Positions 11,798 through 26,700 of a stretch of 64,000 nt of DNA are shown in pieces; position 1 is the stretch's first letter, and the number at the start of each line of letters is the position of its first letter. The stretch is from Amoebophrya sp. A120 (taxonomy: Eukaryota; Protista; Dinoflagellata). The stretch covers positions 3,044,833 to 3,108,832 of the forward strand of contig CAJINV010000005.1 in NCBI GenBank assembly GCA_905178155.1, written 5' to 3'. Both the position numbers and the translations under genes were made by a program. The notes beneath the pieces are model-generated. The model was given only the letters and a program-made list of their open reading frames with translations, was not told the DNA's origin and did no database searches.

Positions 11798-14700
11798 ATG
11801 AGGCATTTGTATAAAGGTACACTTTCTGAAAGAACGACGAGGACCACCAAGACCAGGCTTCGACAGAACAAAAGGGCAGCATCTTCAAAGCGGCTCATCT
11901 CGTGGCGAGGGCGGCGTGTAACACGGTGTGATTTACTACAGCTTGCGGCTTTTTTAACTACCACCTCGCTCGCGTACGCCAACGATGCTCTGCATTCATC
12001 CCAGCACGGCGTCGTCGTCGCGGGGCAGGAGAAGGAGCAGCGCGAAACAAGAAGACCTTCTACGGAGCAGGCAGCCGCCACTGTATCCTCCTCTATCCTG
12101 AGTAAAAACTGTTCATCCACGAGGGCGACCTCATAGTCATTCGAGATGGTGACCTCCACCTCGCCACACGAACGAAAAAGGTTTCGGTGTGGCGCATGAC
12201 AAGGTTTTGACACTCGCAGTGAAAGAAACTCGTGGTTCTTAGCTAGTAGTGTGGCTCGATGACTCACAAATCGATCAGCTAGATATCGTGATGATAGATA
12301 CTAGCAGGACTAATTCCAAATTTTACTCTGAGAGAAAAAATGCTGTTTTTCAGGCTGATGCGCATGAGAAACTACTGCATGATTGTTCTGGGCACCATGC
12401 AAATCTGCATGACTGCTCTGGGGTGTCGTGGGTCCTCGCGTTTTTGCTCAGGATACTATCCTCCTCCGCCTCGGGAACAGGGAGACCGGAGCGACCGCCA
12501 GGAGATAAAAGAGACGATTTTTATCCGCAGAAAGATCGAAACAGGAGCGGGGCGACGGCACCGCCAGACGACGATATTTCAGGAGGAGAAAACTACGATG
12601 GCCACGAGGACACGAACTCGCATGTTCTGGCCGAAGAAATCGAGTACACTGCGGGCAGTTCGAATACTGGCGAAGAAAACGGGTGGCACGTCCGGACTTT
12701 GCACGAGGAAAAGACGCGACGAGAGGAGGACGAAAACAATAACGAAAATAATCCCACAGATAAACGAGCACGACAACTCCAGTCAACTACGGACAACGAA
12801 GCAGAGAGCACAAGCACATCGTTTTCATCCGCGCATGCGCAGGATGAAAAGAAATCCAAAGGCGAGGTCGTGGACGATTTTTCACCCGAATCCTACTTCA
12901 AGCACCCATGGAATTGGCACAGCGAAAGCAGAAGAGCAGGAAATATTAATGGGGGCGATGCTGAGAGTGTTGATGGCGAGGGGGACTACCACTTCTGGAG
13001 CGACGTCGTCGGGGCGAAAAGTAGGGCAGGATCAGCTTCTAGGAAAGGACAACGCGCTGACGATGAAACAGACACGGGACGATCGCGGACCGCGTCAAGC
13101 TCCTGGAGGTTGCAAGAATCATCAGAACATCAAACGGCAGATAGTAGAACTGCAGGAGCAGAGCCACAGCGAGGCGCTTTTTCCGAACAACGACCGGATC
13201 AGGACCAACACAGCACTCGTCCCAGCGCAGGAGAAGGTTTTCCTGCCAGCGATGTTCTTATTGAGAAGAAATCACCTCCTGCAGAAGTGGTTCTCGCGAA
13301 CACTGGGCACCAGCAAGAACACACCAGGGAAACCTCCACGGAAGACGTTCGAAGTAGTACCAAGACAAGCAAAAATGGCAAGCAACCGCAAGTGTCCGAG
13401 ACCACAGCTACCGGCGAGGGGTCCCGGAAGTGGCGGTACCACTACTGGAAGTGGGACGAGGCGGAGATCGCGCAGATGCGCGACAAAACCCTGAATCCAA
13501 AGCAACAGGAACTGTTCAAAGACCGCCTGACCTGCGATCCCTTGAAGCTACAGCTGGAGGTCGCTGGGTCTTTGGAAGTAGCCCAGGACCTGCAGCGCTC
13601 GAAGATGGATTTACTTTTGGCTAGAACCGCGCGGAATCTCGTTGTCGACTTTTTTGGCAAGTCGCTCAACGGTCCGCCCGAGCGGCTCACGGTCAGATTA
13701 GCGCACAACACCGAGAAACCGCTCGCGAACGTAACGTTAATGGAGGACGAGCGGGTTTTAACGTCACAAGGAGGTGCTGCTGCTAACGGAGGTGCGGATT
13801 ACGAGGACGACGTCGACACAGGCGAAACTAGTACAACTCCAGGGGTGATCCAGCTAGATTTTGAAAGACGCAGGGACACACCTTTGTGGTCGAAGCGGAA
13901 TGATGATAACCAACAGAGGGTAAAAATAAAAACCTCTACAGAGGGGCAAAATTATGCTGCGGATGGAACGAAAAATAAGTTTGAAACATCTTTGAAAAGC
14001 TCCGGATTGCTGGGGGAAAACGAAGGAGAGCCTTCTGAAGAAAGTAGCCCTGCAGGTCGTGGTTCTCTTCTAGGCGTGCAGCTCCCAGCAAACTTTTTGC
14101 AGACTGCGATAGAGACCACGAAAAGTGCAACTTCTGCGCAGTTAGGTCTGGGAACGACATCAGCGGTTGCCAGAATAGAACGGATAGCATCTTCTTCGAA
14201 CAAAAGCGGCCGTGATGCGCAGAGTATCAAGAATTGGAAAAAGAAGAGACGAGAGCAGACGAACAAACAACAATCGCAAACGACAATCACTCCCCAACAA
14301 GATTACAAAGAGATCGCGTTCGACTTGATCTCGCAGACCCTGTTGACGAAAAAAGTGGAATTCCTCATTGCCGCCACGTTTACCATTATCCCCGACATTT
14401 GGTGCCCGGAAAACCGAAAGTGGAGAAGTCTGTTCCAAAAAGCAATTCAGGAAAAACTCTCCTTCAAGGACTGCAAAGTGACGAAAGTGCACGGGGTCCG
14501 GTTGTATTACCCCGGGATGAGCAGTAAGCCCGTGAACGATTTTCTCCCCGACGTTTTCCCGCTTGCCTACCCTGTGAAAGAGCCACCGTTCACGTGTCGA
14601 GACCTTGTGAAGGGCGGGAACCTGTGTGGCGGCCACGGGTTTCTGGGGTACGGGCCCTACCAGTCGAAATTTGGGACGACAACGACGACCACCACAACAA

Positions 14701-17700
14701 TCCACGGGGTGAACATGCTGATTCCCCTGGAGCTGAAAGTCAAGCTCGGCTCCGTCCTGTCGATCACGGATTTGAACATCGACCGGGCCTGGCGGGACAC
14801 CATGGAGCAGGGGTTCCGAAACGCGGCGGTGTTGACGCTGTCGGAGTTCAACGACGGGGTGAATACGACCTTTCCAGACGGATCCGCGAGAATCTCCTTC
14901 CGCGGGTGTTTTTCCTACACCGAGTTCCAGTCCCCAACGCAAGTGTTGTTGCCCTTACCAACGAATGCGTCGATGGGGAATCTGGATGACAACTTGCCGG
15001 TGGAGAGAACTTTCACCGCCATGTTTTTGGTGACAGTTTTGACGAATCCGTTCGAGAAGGAGAACAAGCAGGGAACATCAAAGTATAATAAACCCACTTA
15101 TCTCCCGATAGGCTTGCTTGGGAGCAACGCGACCTTTCAGCAGAATTTCGTTCTGAATGCAACGGAGCTGCTCGCCAGGCCGGAGCTGAATCACACGAAC
15201 TTCCTCGTGAACGCGTCCCGGTTCTACAACAGCACGCTGATCGCGGACAAATACGGGGCCTTTGTGGGCGACTTTGAGCCGATCGAAATCGTCGACGCGA
15301 AACTGGATGTGAAGCAATCCCAAACGAGTGTTACTACTGTGCAGCAGACGGGGGCGATCGTCCCGTCGAACCTGTTCTTCTTCCTAGTCGTGCCGTATTC
15401 CATGCAAGAGGCCGACTTGAACAACGACGATGGGTGGAAGCTAGCCACCCGGACCATGTTTGCGAAGGCCGTGAACGTGCAGCTGCAGAAGGTGAAATAC
15501 AACGAAACGGTGTTTGTGACCAATGACGAGAGGTTCATCAGTAACGAATTTACCAGTTGGGGAGTGTACAACGTGCTGGACGATACACTGGGGAATGTGT
15601 TCGGTTTGGACGGAAATAAAGGGACAAATCAGAACCTGACCACAACGGAAAGCGACTTCAACAATTTAGACGACTACGAGTCGAGACTGACGATGAAGTT
15701 CAAACTACCCTGAGGAAAAACGTTCCCACCCCAGAGTTGTGATGCAGATTTGCAATGACAAGGACATTTGTGATGCGCATACCCACGGTAGACATTTTCA
15801 ATCGTGTTTTGCAATTTGTGATGCTATGAACAGGATAAGCAGATGGATCTGTGATGCAGCTGCACTTGCTGACGTGCACTACACTACGGAGGGCAACTTG
15901 TCATGCGTGACTCCCCGAAACACAATCACCCGAAATTTTGGGTTGATCAACTCACCCGAAACACAATGCCACCCTGCAGCAGCACAGTCTGTTTATGTCA
16001 TGCGTGACTCCCAAAAGTCCTAGGTTTGTGTTGCAAAATCCCCATCTTGACTCTGGTGGGGGGACGTTTTTACTCAGGATACAAACAGCCGCAGCCGAAC
16101 CCGATGGAGAGAATCTTGGAAGAAACCAACAACACGCTCGCCATGTATAAAAATACACCGGGAGGTGGAGGTTTCAGCAGTTCAACGTCCGGTGACCAAG
16201 AAGATGAAAACAAAACCGGGGAGCTGGTGCGCGCCGTGCGGATTCACTTCACGGTGACGGATTGCGCCGAAACAGACGTCTGGCGGGTGTCGCAGGCAGA
16301 CCTGGCCTGGCAGTCCTTTATCCCAGAGAAAAAAGCTGGCGGGCATATTTGTAATGCAAAAATAAATACACAAAAAAAATTGTCATGGGTGGCCCCATAG
16401 CACATACAGATTTTTTGTGTATTTATTTTTGCATTACAAATATGCCCTGCCAGCTTTTTTCTGTGTGATATCCTTCGACTACTACGAGGAGACTTTGCGG
16501 AAGGAGATCGACCTGATGGATTTTTCGAGCGCCAAACTGGAATTCGCAACCAAGCCGGTGGTTTTGCGAGCGGTGTTTCGCCACGAGGCGGTTTCCGCCA
16601 ACACGTACGACCGGGTGCACGTACCGATCGGGTTTTACCTCGTGCTGTTACTGCCACAGTCTGTCACGGAACAAGACTTGAGTGTGGACACGAGATTCAA
16701 GAAGGGGCTCGAAAACGGATTCGCGAGCGCGCTGGGGATCTTGGCCCAGCAGGTCATGTTCGAGCGCTGCGAGTTCCGGGATCTCTTTTCCAAAGTGTAC
16801 GAGGTGGCGGAGGTGGACATGATTGAAAGACAGCGGACCGCGTTTCTCCAGCGAGAGGCGGAGAAAATGGAAAGAGATTTGTCGCGGCAACCAGGTGCCT
16901 ATCAAATGCAAATATGTCTGGGCCTGGAAGGTTGCACCTTGTGATGCTGTCCCTGCATCCAGAAAGATCTGTATTGCATGACTAGCTAGAGCAGCCCAGT
17001 TTCCGCGACACGGAGAGGGCCTTTCTACATGCGGATTAGGCATAAGGAAGCCCCCTAAAAATCTGCGGTGCTAGTAGGTCATGCATCACAGGCGACATGG
17101 ATCATACAAAATGTGCATGACAATAAACTTGGGAATCTGCCAGACCCAGACATATTTGCGTTTGATAGTGCCATCAGGTCCTTGTCCGCGGTGCCGGATC
17201 CGTTGCAGATCAAAGCGCTGCGAGTGGTTCTGATGGTGGACACGAGCGACATGTTGTTGATGCGCAAGCTCTTGCAGCTCCGATCCGCGGATGCAGATGT
17301 GAGCATTTTCAACCGCATTCTGCAGGAAACCAGGTTCGTGTTTGGCCACGAGTTCCGGGCGGTGACGCCCTCCCCCATGCAGCGACTGCTGGTCCTCCAA
17401 GCCGCGCCGGAGTCCTCCTGGTGGGACAAGCGGTCCGCTATCAAAAGGAAAAATCCCCCCTCCCCATATCGAAAAGCAAAAGGAAACTTGTGATGCTGGA
17501 TTTGCGTACACAAATGTCTTGCTGGAGAGCACTGAAGGCCCCTACCAAGTGTGAATAGCGAGGCTTTGGCTTACGGACTTAGCATGAAAAACATCCGCGC
17601 TGTAGGCCGAACAGCATGGGAAACCGCCTGCACAATGCGGCGGAGCCTGCGGAGTTGCCTTCTTGCAAGACAGACGCGATTTGTTGCCGCAAATCAGCGT

Positions 17701-20700
17701 CACAAATTTCCAAAAATATACCTTTTCAGTATGGGGAGGGGGGATTTTTCCTTGCAATATCCGCCTGGCAGCTGCTCGAACCCGGCCCGATCTCCGGACC
17801 GTCCGGCCGCAGCTTCCTGCTCAATTACGACGCGATGGAGCTTTTGCCAATCAATCCCGACCTGCTCGCCCGTAACCACACGCTCCGGGACATCATCTTG
17901 TCCGATCCAGACTATCTGCAAGCGAAGATCGCGGGACTCCGCGGGGCGTTGCGACTCGGCCCGGACACGGAGATCACGCTGCACAAAACCTTTTTCCTAG
18001 GCTATCGTATGTAAAAACGTCCCCACACCATACTTGTAATGCAGATCTGCATGCTGAAAATGTTTCTCATGCGGAGCCCCATGAGAAGCCTTTTCCATTC
18101 AAGTTTTGAAATTTGTCATGCTCCAATCAGCATGATATACTAGATCTGTGATGCTGCTAAGCTAACTGAAACAGCACTACACTACGAGTCGAAATTTGTC
18201 ATGCAAAACAGCCATGACATGTGGATTTGTCTAGCCGATTCCCCATCTTGACCATGGGGTCGGGACTTTTTTACATGGGATATCGGCCAGAAAATGTTCT
18301 GGAGCATGAACCTGACCGCGAGCAAGCCCGCGGATCCGCGAATGGTCTACAAGTTTGTCGTGAAACCCTTCCGGGACCCGGCGATGGCCATGCAGGAATT
18401 AGCCACAGGCAACACGGTCGGGACCGGTTTGGGCGCGACCGATCCGAGCGCGGGGATGGGGCGGGAGCAGAAAGCCGGGTTTCAGTTCCAAGTCACCGGC
18501 GCTGCTGGTGCTGCTCAGGGGTTAGCGTTGCTCTCCACCGAGGAAAGGTTCGACCCCGTAAGTGGGAGACCCAGGTACCCGGAGTTCGAGTGGCAGGGTG
18601 AGAATGAGCGAGATGTGGATCTTCAATATGGAGTCAACAACAACAATAAAAATTGGAGAAATAGGAACGGGCTAGTTTTGATGTCTGATGTGGACAAGTA
18701 CCAGCACAGGACGGATGTTGCCGGAGCGGAGAACAATCATATGCTGCTCGTGGAGGACGAACACTTTTCCCAACAGGCGGTAGAGTACGAGCGAAAAGTG
18801 AAAGTTGACCCCAAAACCGGCGAGGAGACCGAGGAGTTGATCCCGAAACTGGTAGATTCCCCGATGAAGCCGAAGCCGTTAGCTGCCCTGATGTTGTTGC
18901 AGGAAGAGGAAATAAGGGGAACAACTCTTGGAGATGATGTTCTTGAAAGAGCCGGCGGTGCTGGTAGAACAACAACCTCTGAAGATGATTTCATCTACAA
19001 CGAGGGAAGTGGTTCAGAATTGTTCCCCGATCATAGGGCGGACGAGTCAGGAAAAATGATCCCACACCTGCCGGAACTGAACCTGATACAAACGCAGTCG
19101 CTGTCTTTGAATAGCCAGGGGAGAACAAGAAGTACAACCAAGACCGCTGCAAGGACGACACAGTACCTTGTGAAGAACAAAACGCAGTGCTGTTTGTACA
19201 CGACCCGGTCGTTCTTCACGATCAAACTACTCGACCCCGCCTTGCCCCCGTTCCAAGGCATTCTGGTGGACACCTTCTATCAAATGTAAAAATGTCTGGG
19301 TCTGGAAGAATGGAAGGCTTGTCATGCTTGTCTGGCATGACCCATGATGCTTGCAATGCATGACCCAGCATCACAGATTTTTGGAAAGCTTCCTGATGCC
19401 ATTTCCGCATGACAAATGCCCTCCTCGCGTAGCACCAATGTGGCTCCTCTTGCTGGTCATGCAATACAGATCTTTTTAGAGTCCAAAGGTAGCATCACAA
19501 GTTCCAACTTCCCAGACCCAGACATTTTTACATTTGATACCTTCCCGAAAATCGCCAGTCTGACGAGCTTCGCGGAAATGGCGAGCAACTGGACGAGCCC
19601 GTACCTGGACAGCAGCGTCCGGATGGTGCGCGTGACCGCCGCGCAGCCGTTGCTCCGTATGCCGCTGATCGTCACCCTGGGGCTGCTCCTGGACGAGAAT
19701 TTGGCGATGATTGCGAGGGAGGACGACGCGAACGCAGATAAAGGGTACCAACTTGGGAAGGCGCGGTCTGTCGCGACGGCGCTGGGGATCAGCAGCTGGC
19801 GGGTGGAGTACGTGAATTCCATCTTTGGCCAAGCGACGCTGGGGGACGGGGAGCAGTCGTACTTGCACGAGTTCAAAGGGAAGGAACTGAAATTAGAAAA
19901 GAACAAAACCGACGGCACGGTCAAGTACGTGCGCCGACCGGAACACTTCAACGTGACTTCCGGCCCCCACTACGCGGGGCAGCGGCTCTCGCCCCACGGG
20001 CCGGAGTCGAGGGTGACGAAGTCCACCGTGCACGAGTTCCGGAAGGAGGCCGGGGGCTTCGGCCCGCACATGGCGCTGCTGCAGAAGGACGAAATGAGGA
20101 AGATTTACGTGCTAGATCCGCGCGTGGACAACAAACGCCCCCTTTTGATGGACACGAGGCAGGTCTACTCCCGGTTTGCCGTGCCCGCGTCCGCGCTGTC
20201 TTCCATCTCCGAGCCGGAGCTGCGCGAGCGGTTGTTGGACGCTTTTCAGTTGGAAATGCAGAAACCGGAGTACAGCTACCAGTCCTTGATCGGCGCCCGG
20301 CCGCGGATTTTGGAGATTTTGAGAATCGCGGTTTTTATCAAGGGCGACGATCGGCCCTTCACGTTGCCAGAATTCCAGCAGCTGGCTTTGAACACGACCA
20401 CCACCTCGACCACGACCAGTTCAGTTGTCGGCGCGAACTTGACAATCACAATCGACAACCACTGCGAAAGGAACCTGACGATCTGGCGCAGTCACAACTC
20501 CGGCCGGGAGGAATTTCTGAACTTGGCGCCCGGGACCGTGATCGCGGGGGTTGGCTGTGTGACGGACACCGGGCGAAACCCAACGGCTGACGGCTTTGAC
20601 AGCAGGAATAAAAACGATAACCTCTTCAGCCTAGACACCTACTCCGGGTCGACGGAATGTGAGTTACTCTACATCTCCGCCCCGAAACAGGACCCAACGT

Positions 20701-23700
20701 TAAGATCCGGCAGGTTCGAGCTGACCGCGTGCAGGTACCACGAGCAATCGATTCAAGCCGTGGAATGCACGGCCGGGAAGGTGTCAAGCAGTAACAACAC
20801 GATCTACACGTTGGACCAGGGAATTTCCTGGCTTTTTGGATTCAATTGTAGATCTCTATTACCGATCACGGATTACGGTGAGGTTGACAAGAACGATAAC
20901 CTGTTCAACAACGCGCAACAACCCGAGCAGTTTATCAAATGTAAAAATGTCTGGGTCTCGAAGATTGCCAGGTTTGTCATGCACATTTTGCATGACTCCT
21001 GATGTCTGTGATGCATGCCCTAGCATCACAGATTTTGTGAGGGCTTCCTGATGCCTATATCGCATGACAAATGCTCTTTCCGTGTAGCAAAACTTGGACT
21101 CTCTTTGCTGCCCAGGCAACACAGATTTTTTTAGAATCCAAAAGCAGCATGACAAGTTGGATTCTTCCAGACCCAGACATTTTTACAGTTGATACAGTTC
21201 TACCTGCAGCAAAACTACAGCAACGCCGCGGGTTTAGAGTGCGAGCAGATTCTATCACACAAGAAAACTGTTTCACTGTGATGGTTTTGCAAGATCTGCA
21301 TGACAAGTTTGTTACACATGACACAGAATATTTGCCATGCGCGCTTCCTAAGGGAAAATACAGCTAAAAATCCAATGTCTTGCATGTGTAGTAAGACAAA
21401 CGCATTTGCGTTCCGTTCCATGCATCACAAGTTCACAGTGAAGCAGTTTTTTCTTGCGATAGATCCTCGCTTCCTGGCCGCTGCAAGGGGTCTACTTGAA
21501 CGTGTCCGGGTCCTTTTATGGAAGCGTCAGGTTTGAAATCGACAAAGTTGAAACGATTTGCCATGCATAAAATGCAAGGCATGAAGTGCCTGCCTTGCCG
21601 GGACGGCAAGTGAGGCCGATTGTGAGCCTGTTTAAGGTTTGGGATAGAGCTGCTAAAGTAGCATGACAAACGACGCCTTCTGTCCCTGAACAGCGTGACA
21701 AATTGGATTCCGGTGCTCGGGAAACGTGTCATGCGCCGCTTTGAAATTGGGCTTTCAACTGGTGTCCGTTTTATGCATGACAAACTATTTTTTCAACTTT
21801 GACGATTTCGATCCTGCCACTCCCATACCTTTCAGGCGCACAACTGCAAGCGGGTGGAAAAACTGTCCCCCGAAGACGCGAAATCCGCCCGCGATTACGA
21901 CATCGCGGTGGACTATGAGGAGGTGGTATCCGGAAACGTGACGTCCTCTTTGGACCTCTCTGGTGACACCGCTTTCCTCGAGGCGCACGAACGAGCGTTC
22001 AAATTGGCCTGGAATTTGTTGACTGTGAAAACAAAAGCGGTGGAGATTCTGTGGGACAGTACGGAGACGGATTGGAACCGGGAGTTCGTCTACCAGCGAA
22101 GAATCCGGATGCACTACTCTGTGTCCGTTTACCCCAGAGTGTTCCAGAACCACGCACTGCACGCCGTCGGGCATCTGATGATCCAGCAGCAAACGGAGTC
22201 CGCGGTGGAGTCGTTGACGCATTTGGCAGGGTATTTATCCGAGTACCCGCCGCGGATCGTCAGGGTGCCGCATTTGCGCATCCTACCCGCCTGCGCCGCA
22301 ACCACGATCCGCCGGGTGTTCACGTTGAAGTTCGCGGTCACGGAGAGGATTTCCATCGTGGCAACTGGCGAGGACTTGCTCTCCTCCCCGGGTTACGTGT
22401 CAGCGCACGAGGCGGCGTTGGCGCAGTTGCTGGGGTTGACCGCTTTGGACATCACGTTGATGAACGTGCAGGTGCTGGGCGCGATGCCGGGGTTCGAAAT
22501 GAAGGAAAAGATGAAGATGGATATGATGAAAGTGCAGGACGTGGAGCTCTACTTTCACATCCGGGAGAACGCCTGCAGCAGCAACTTAGGCCCGCTGGAA
22601 GAGCTTGCCGTCAGGTTCCGGGTGCATTCCATCGCGGAGGCGTTCGCGATCCGGGACAAATGCGTTGCTGGTGGGTTTACTGAGAATCCATTTGGGAGTT
22701 TCGGAAAGAATCTTAAACCGGGTGAAAATATTAAGAATCAACCGGGAACAAGTACTTCTTCTGGAGAGAACAAAGAGCAAGACCTGCACCGCACCTACGC
22801 ACTGTCCGACGCGATCGACGACCCGACGCCGCAGTCCCCCTTCGGAAAAACCGTCGCCGCAGCGAAGAAATATCCCATGCAAAAACGTCCCCACCCCATA
22901 GTCAAGATGGGGATTTGGCTACACAAAGCCGGCATCTTTTGGCTGTCGCGCATGACAAGTTTAGGTTCGCCGTGTCATCGCGTTTAGCTATTGTAGGTGC
23001 ATCACAAATCGATCCCCTCAGGCTGATTCTAGCATGACAAACTGCCAGATAGCATTACAGAATGCTCCTCATGGGGCTCTGCATGACAAACGTGTGAGGC
23101 TTGCAGATTTCCATGACAGCTATGGGGTGGGGAGGTTTTTTTTCAGGATAAGAAGCCGCAGCCAGTTTTCAACAACGGCACTCTGAAACCGCCCGTGACC
23201 GAATTGTCTGTGGACGTCACCTATCAAATGCAAATATGTCTGGGTCTGGAAGAATGCAACTTGTCATGCTGTCTCTGGATCCGAAAAAAATCTGTATTGC
23301 GTGATCAGCAAGAGGCGTCCAGTTTGTGCTACACGGAGAGGGCATTTCTCATGTGGAATAGGCATCAGGAAGCCCTCTACAGATCTGTCATGCTAGGCCA
23401 TGCATTACAGGCATCAGGGGTCATGCAAAACAAAGCTTGCATCCTTCCAGACCCAGACACATTTGCATTCCATATCACCGCGGACGGCAAGCCGGGCGAC
23501 TGGTGTTGCGCGGAATTACGCAGGGGCTTGGAAGCGGAGCTGGGGTACGAGTTTTACCGCTATCTGCAGCAGTGGGCGGAGGGCACGAACCCGATAGACA
23601 GCGCGGTGAGGAATGCAGAGTTTGACAAATCCTCTCTTGCCGGAGCGGTAGAGGATTATGAGAGATTGAACGCGTCCAGCTCGATCACCACCTGGCATAT

Positions 23701-26700
23701 CAAATGTAAAAATGTCTGGGTCTGGAAGAATGCGACTTGTGATGCTAACTTTGGATTCTAAAAAAATATGTATTGCATGACCAGCAAGAAGCGCCCAGTT
23801 TGTGCTACGCGGGGAGGACATTTGTCATTCGGGGTAGGCATCAGGAAGGCCTCTAGAAATATGTGATGCTAGATCATGCATTACAGACATCCTGAGTCAT
23901 GCAAAATATGCATGACCCTTCCAGACCCAGACAATTTTACATTTGATATGGCACACGTACATGCTGAAACAGGGCGTCAAACGACCGTCGGACACAACAG
24001 AGCTGGAAGAATCCGCGAGGTTTGTCGACCGCAAGAAGGCGAACAAGAAGAAAATGCTGGTCGACACGGACTATCAACTGCAAAAATGTCTGGGTCTGGA
24101 GGAGTGCGAACTTGTGACGCGCATTTCACAACACATAAAAATCTCTCATGCATAGGCAGCAAAAGCTGCCCACTTGCACTTTCTGTCACCAAAATGTGGC
24201 ATTTGTCATGGGGATTCGGCATTGCGGAAGCTTCTCGAAATCTGTGGTGCTAGAGCTTCCATGCCAGACCTTATGCGTCATGCAAAAGCAGCATGACTCT
24301 TCCAGACCCAGACGTTTTTGCACTTGATACGGACTTCCCGCCCTGTGTTCTCGGTGCGGAGTTGACCTGGACGGGGTTGTTTGAACGGGGCCAGGCGGGC
24401 TTCATCGGGGAACGGTGCGCGGCGGCGGCCATGGAGAGCCGGGACCAGCAGAAGTCGCTCGCGGTTCTTTCCGGTATTGCGGACCAGCAGTTCGTGTCTA
24501 TTCGCGCGGCGCTGTGCGCGTCCACGCAGTGGCTCTGGGATGACGGGCGGCTGCGGGTTTTGGGCATGAACTGCCGCGACCAGATGGGCTACAGCGCGAA
24601 CGGGCTGAACGTCCCGGTCCAGATCGGCTCCTTCGCGGTCACGGACTGCGGCCGCTCCACGCCGGCGAGCTTTCGAAGTGGCTTGTGGCGGGAGGAAGGG
24701 AAGCAGAAGTGGTCGGTGGAATTGGAGCGGTGGTTCCAGCGCGCGGTGAAAACCCGCATTGGAAAAAAGTCCGCGAGCAAGCGGTTGCATCTGGACAGGT
24801 GTCGGAACTTGATCGCCACGACGGTCGCCGGGTTCGACGCCGGGGAGTTGCACGATATCGATTTGTATCAAATGCAAATATGTCTGGGTCTGGGAACTTG
24901 TGATGCTGAAGTGAGGATGACTGAAACGCTTTCGAATGCAGCCAAGCATGACAAGTTCTTGCAACGCTGTCTCATAGGTAACACGCATGACAAACTGCGT
25001 TTTTGCGTGACGAAGAACGCTGCGCGTTTGCTGGTCATGCAATACAGAGTTTCTTGGAATGTAAGACCAGCATCACAAGCTCACTTTTTCGAGACCCAGA
25101 CATTTTTGCATTTGATAATTTGTCCGACATTTACATGGACAACTGCGAGGAAATTGACTTTTCGGTGGAAAAAGACACCACGAACACCATGCGGGTCTCG
25201 GCGTACAACTGTGACAACATCCGACTCGAGTGGGGCCCGGAATCCCACCCCTTCAAAACCATCCCGATGTCCTGGCAGGGGAACGTCGACGGGCTGAATT
25301 GCCAGGGGGTCGTGGAAGTTCTCGCGGATAAGTTGTTCCCCGCAGACGAGATGAAAAACAAAACGGTCGACGTGAAAATTGACAAAACAAACAGCTTTTT
25401 CGACGTGAAATACTTGGAGGACCCGGGAATGGAGTTGAGCGTGAACAGCTGCGAACGCGCGGAAATCTCCTCCCCGGTGAGCCAGGGAAATCTGTCGAAA
25501 ACGGTGCTGGAGAACTTGCAAGACGCAACTCTAGTCGCGATGGGCTGCAGAAGCTTGAATCACACCGGTGTCGGACCAGATTTAGTGCCGTTTTACGAGG
25601 ACGCGAGCGCCAAAGCGGCGTTCTTACAGATGAGAGCGGAAGCTGCTGGTGGTGCACGTTCATCTGCTTCTTTTTCATCCGGAGGTGAGGACAAGCAGAA
25701 GACGAGTCGTGAAAGAACGTATCAAGAAGAGTTTGGATTCAAAAAATCTTCCCAGTTGCCTTTCAGCGACGCTTTGTCTGAACGCGAGCAGTTCGGGATG
25801 GATCAGTATGAGGATTACCAGGTGACCACGGACCTATTGCACCAACAACTAGTTCAGCAGATGAACGCGTCGTCGCAAGTGGCCGGTCAAGTGATGACCT
25901 ATCAAATGCAAAAATGTCTGGGTCTGGAAGAATGCAAGTTTGTCATGCTTGTTTGGCATGAGTCGAGAATCTGTGTTGCATAGGCACGAAAAGGCCGTCT
26001 TACGTGTCATGCAAAAACGCAGTTTGCCATGCGGAATGTGCAAGACATGACAGCCAAAAAATTTGTCATGCATAGCTGCGTATTGCAGTGCGTCTGCCAT
26101 TTACTTTGAGCATTACAAGTTTCCAGACCCAGACATTTTTGCAATCGATATGACCATGAACTTCGCGTTTCACCCACTCCGGTTTGATTTAACCGGTCGC
26201 GACTGCAAGTCGATTGAGATCCGTTACAGCAAGAAAGACCAGTCGTTTGTTGCGAACAGCCTCGCCGCCATCGAGGCGCCGCAGGGGGAGTTACGGAAGG
26301 GGCCGTTTTACCGGGCCGCGCACCGGAAAGAGTCCTACATGTGCAGTCGCGGGGACTTTCAATTTTCCAATTGCACCGCCTCGACCATCACTCCCGGGCC
26401 GAGATTCGCGGAGCAAGGCCAGTGCTACAAGCGGATGAATCCGCGGGGAGTGGCCAGTGTGATGATCGTGGACACGAAGCGGGCGCCGCGGGAGGTGAAG
26501 TCCTTCGGCGCCAGCATGGAGGGGAGAAAGTGTAAGGGGATCCTCATTTACGACTCCCTGGACCAGAAACTTCTGGTCAAAATGGACCAAATCGCGCACA
26601 AGGACAGAATCGCGGTGGTCGCGGCCGGGTGTAAAAAGACGGAGGAAAAAGTCGACCCCTTGTACGGCTTGTTCGCCAACCTGACGGGGAGAAGCTGCGC

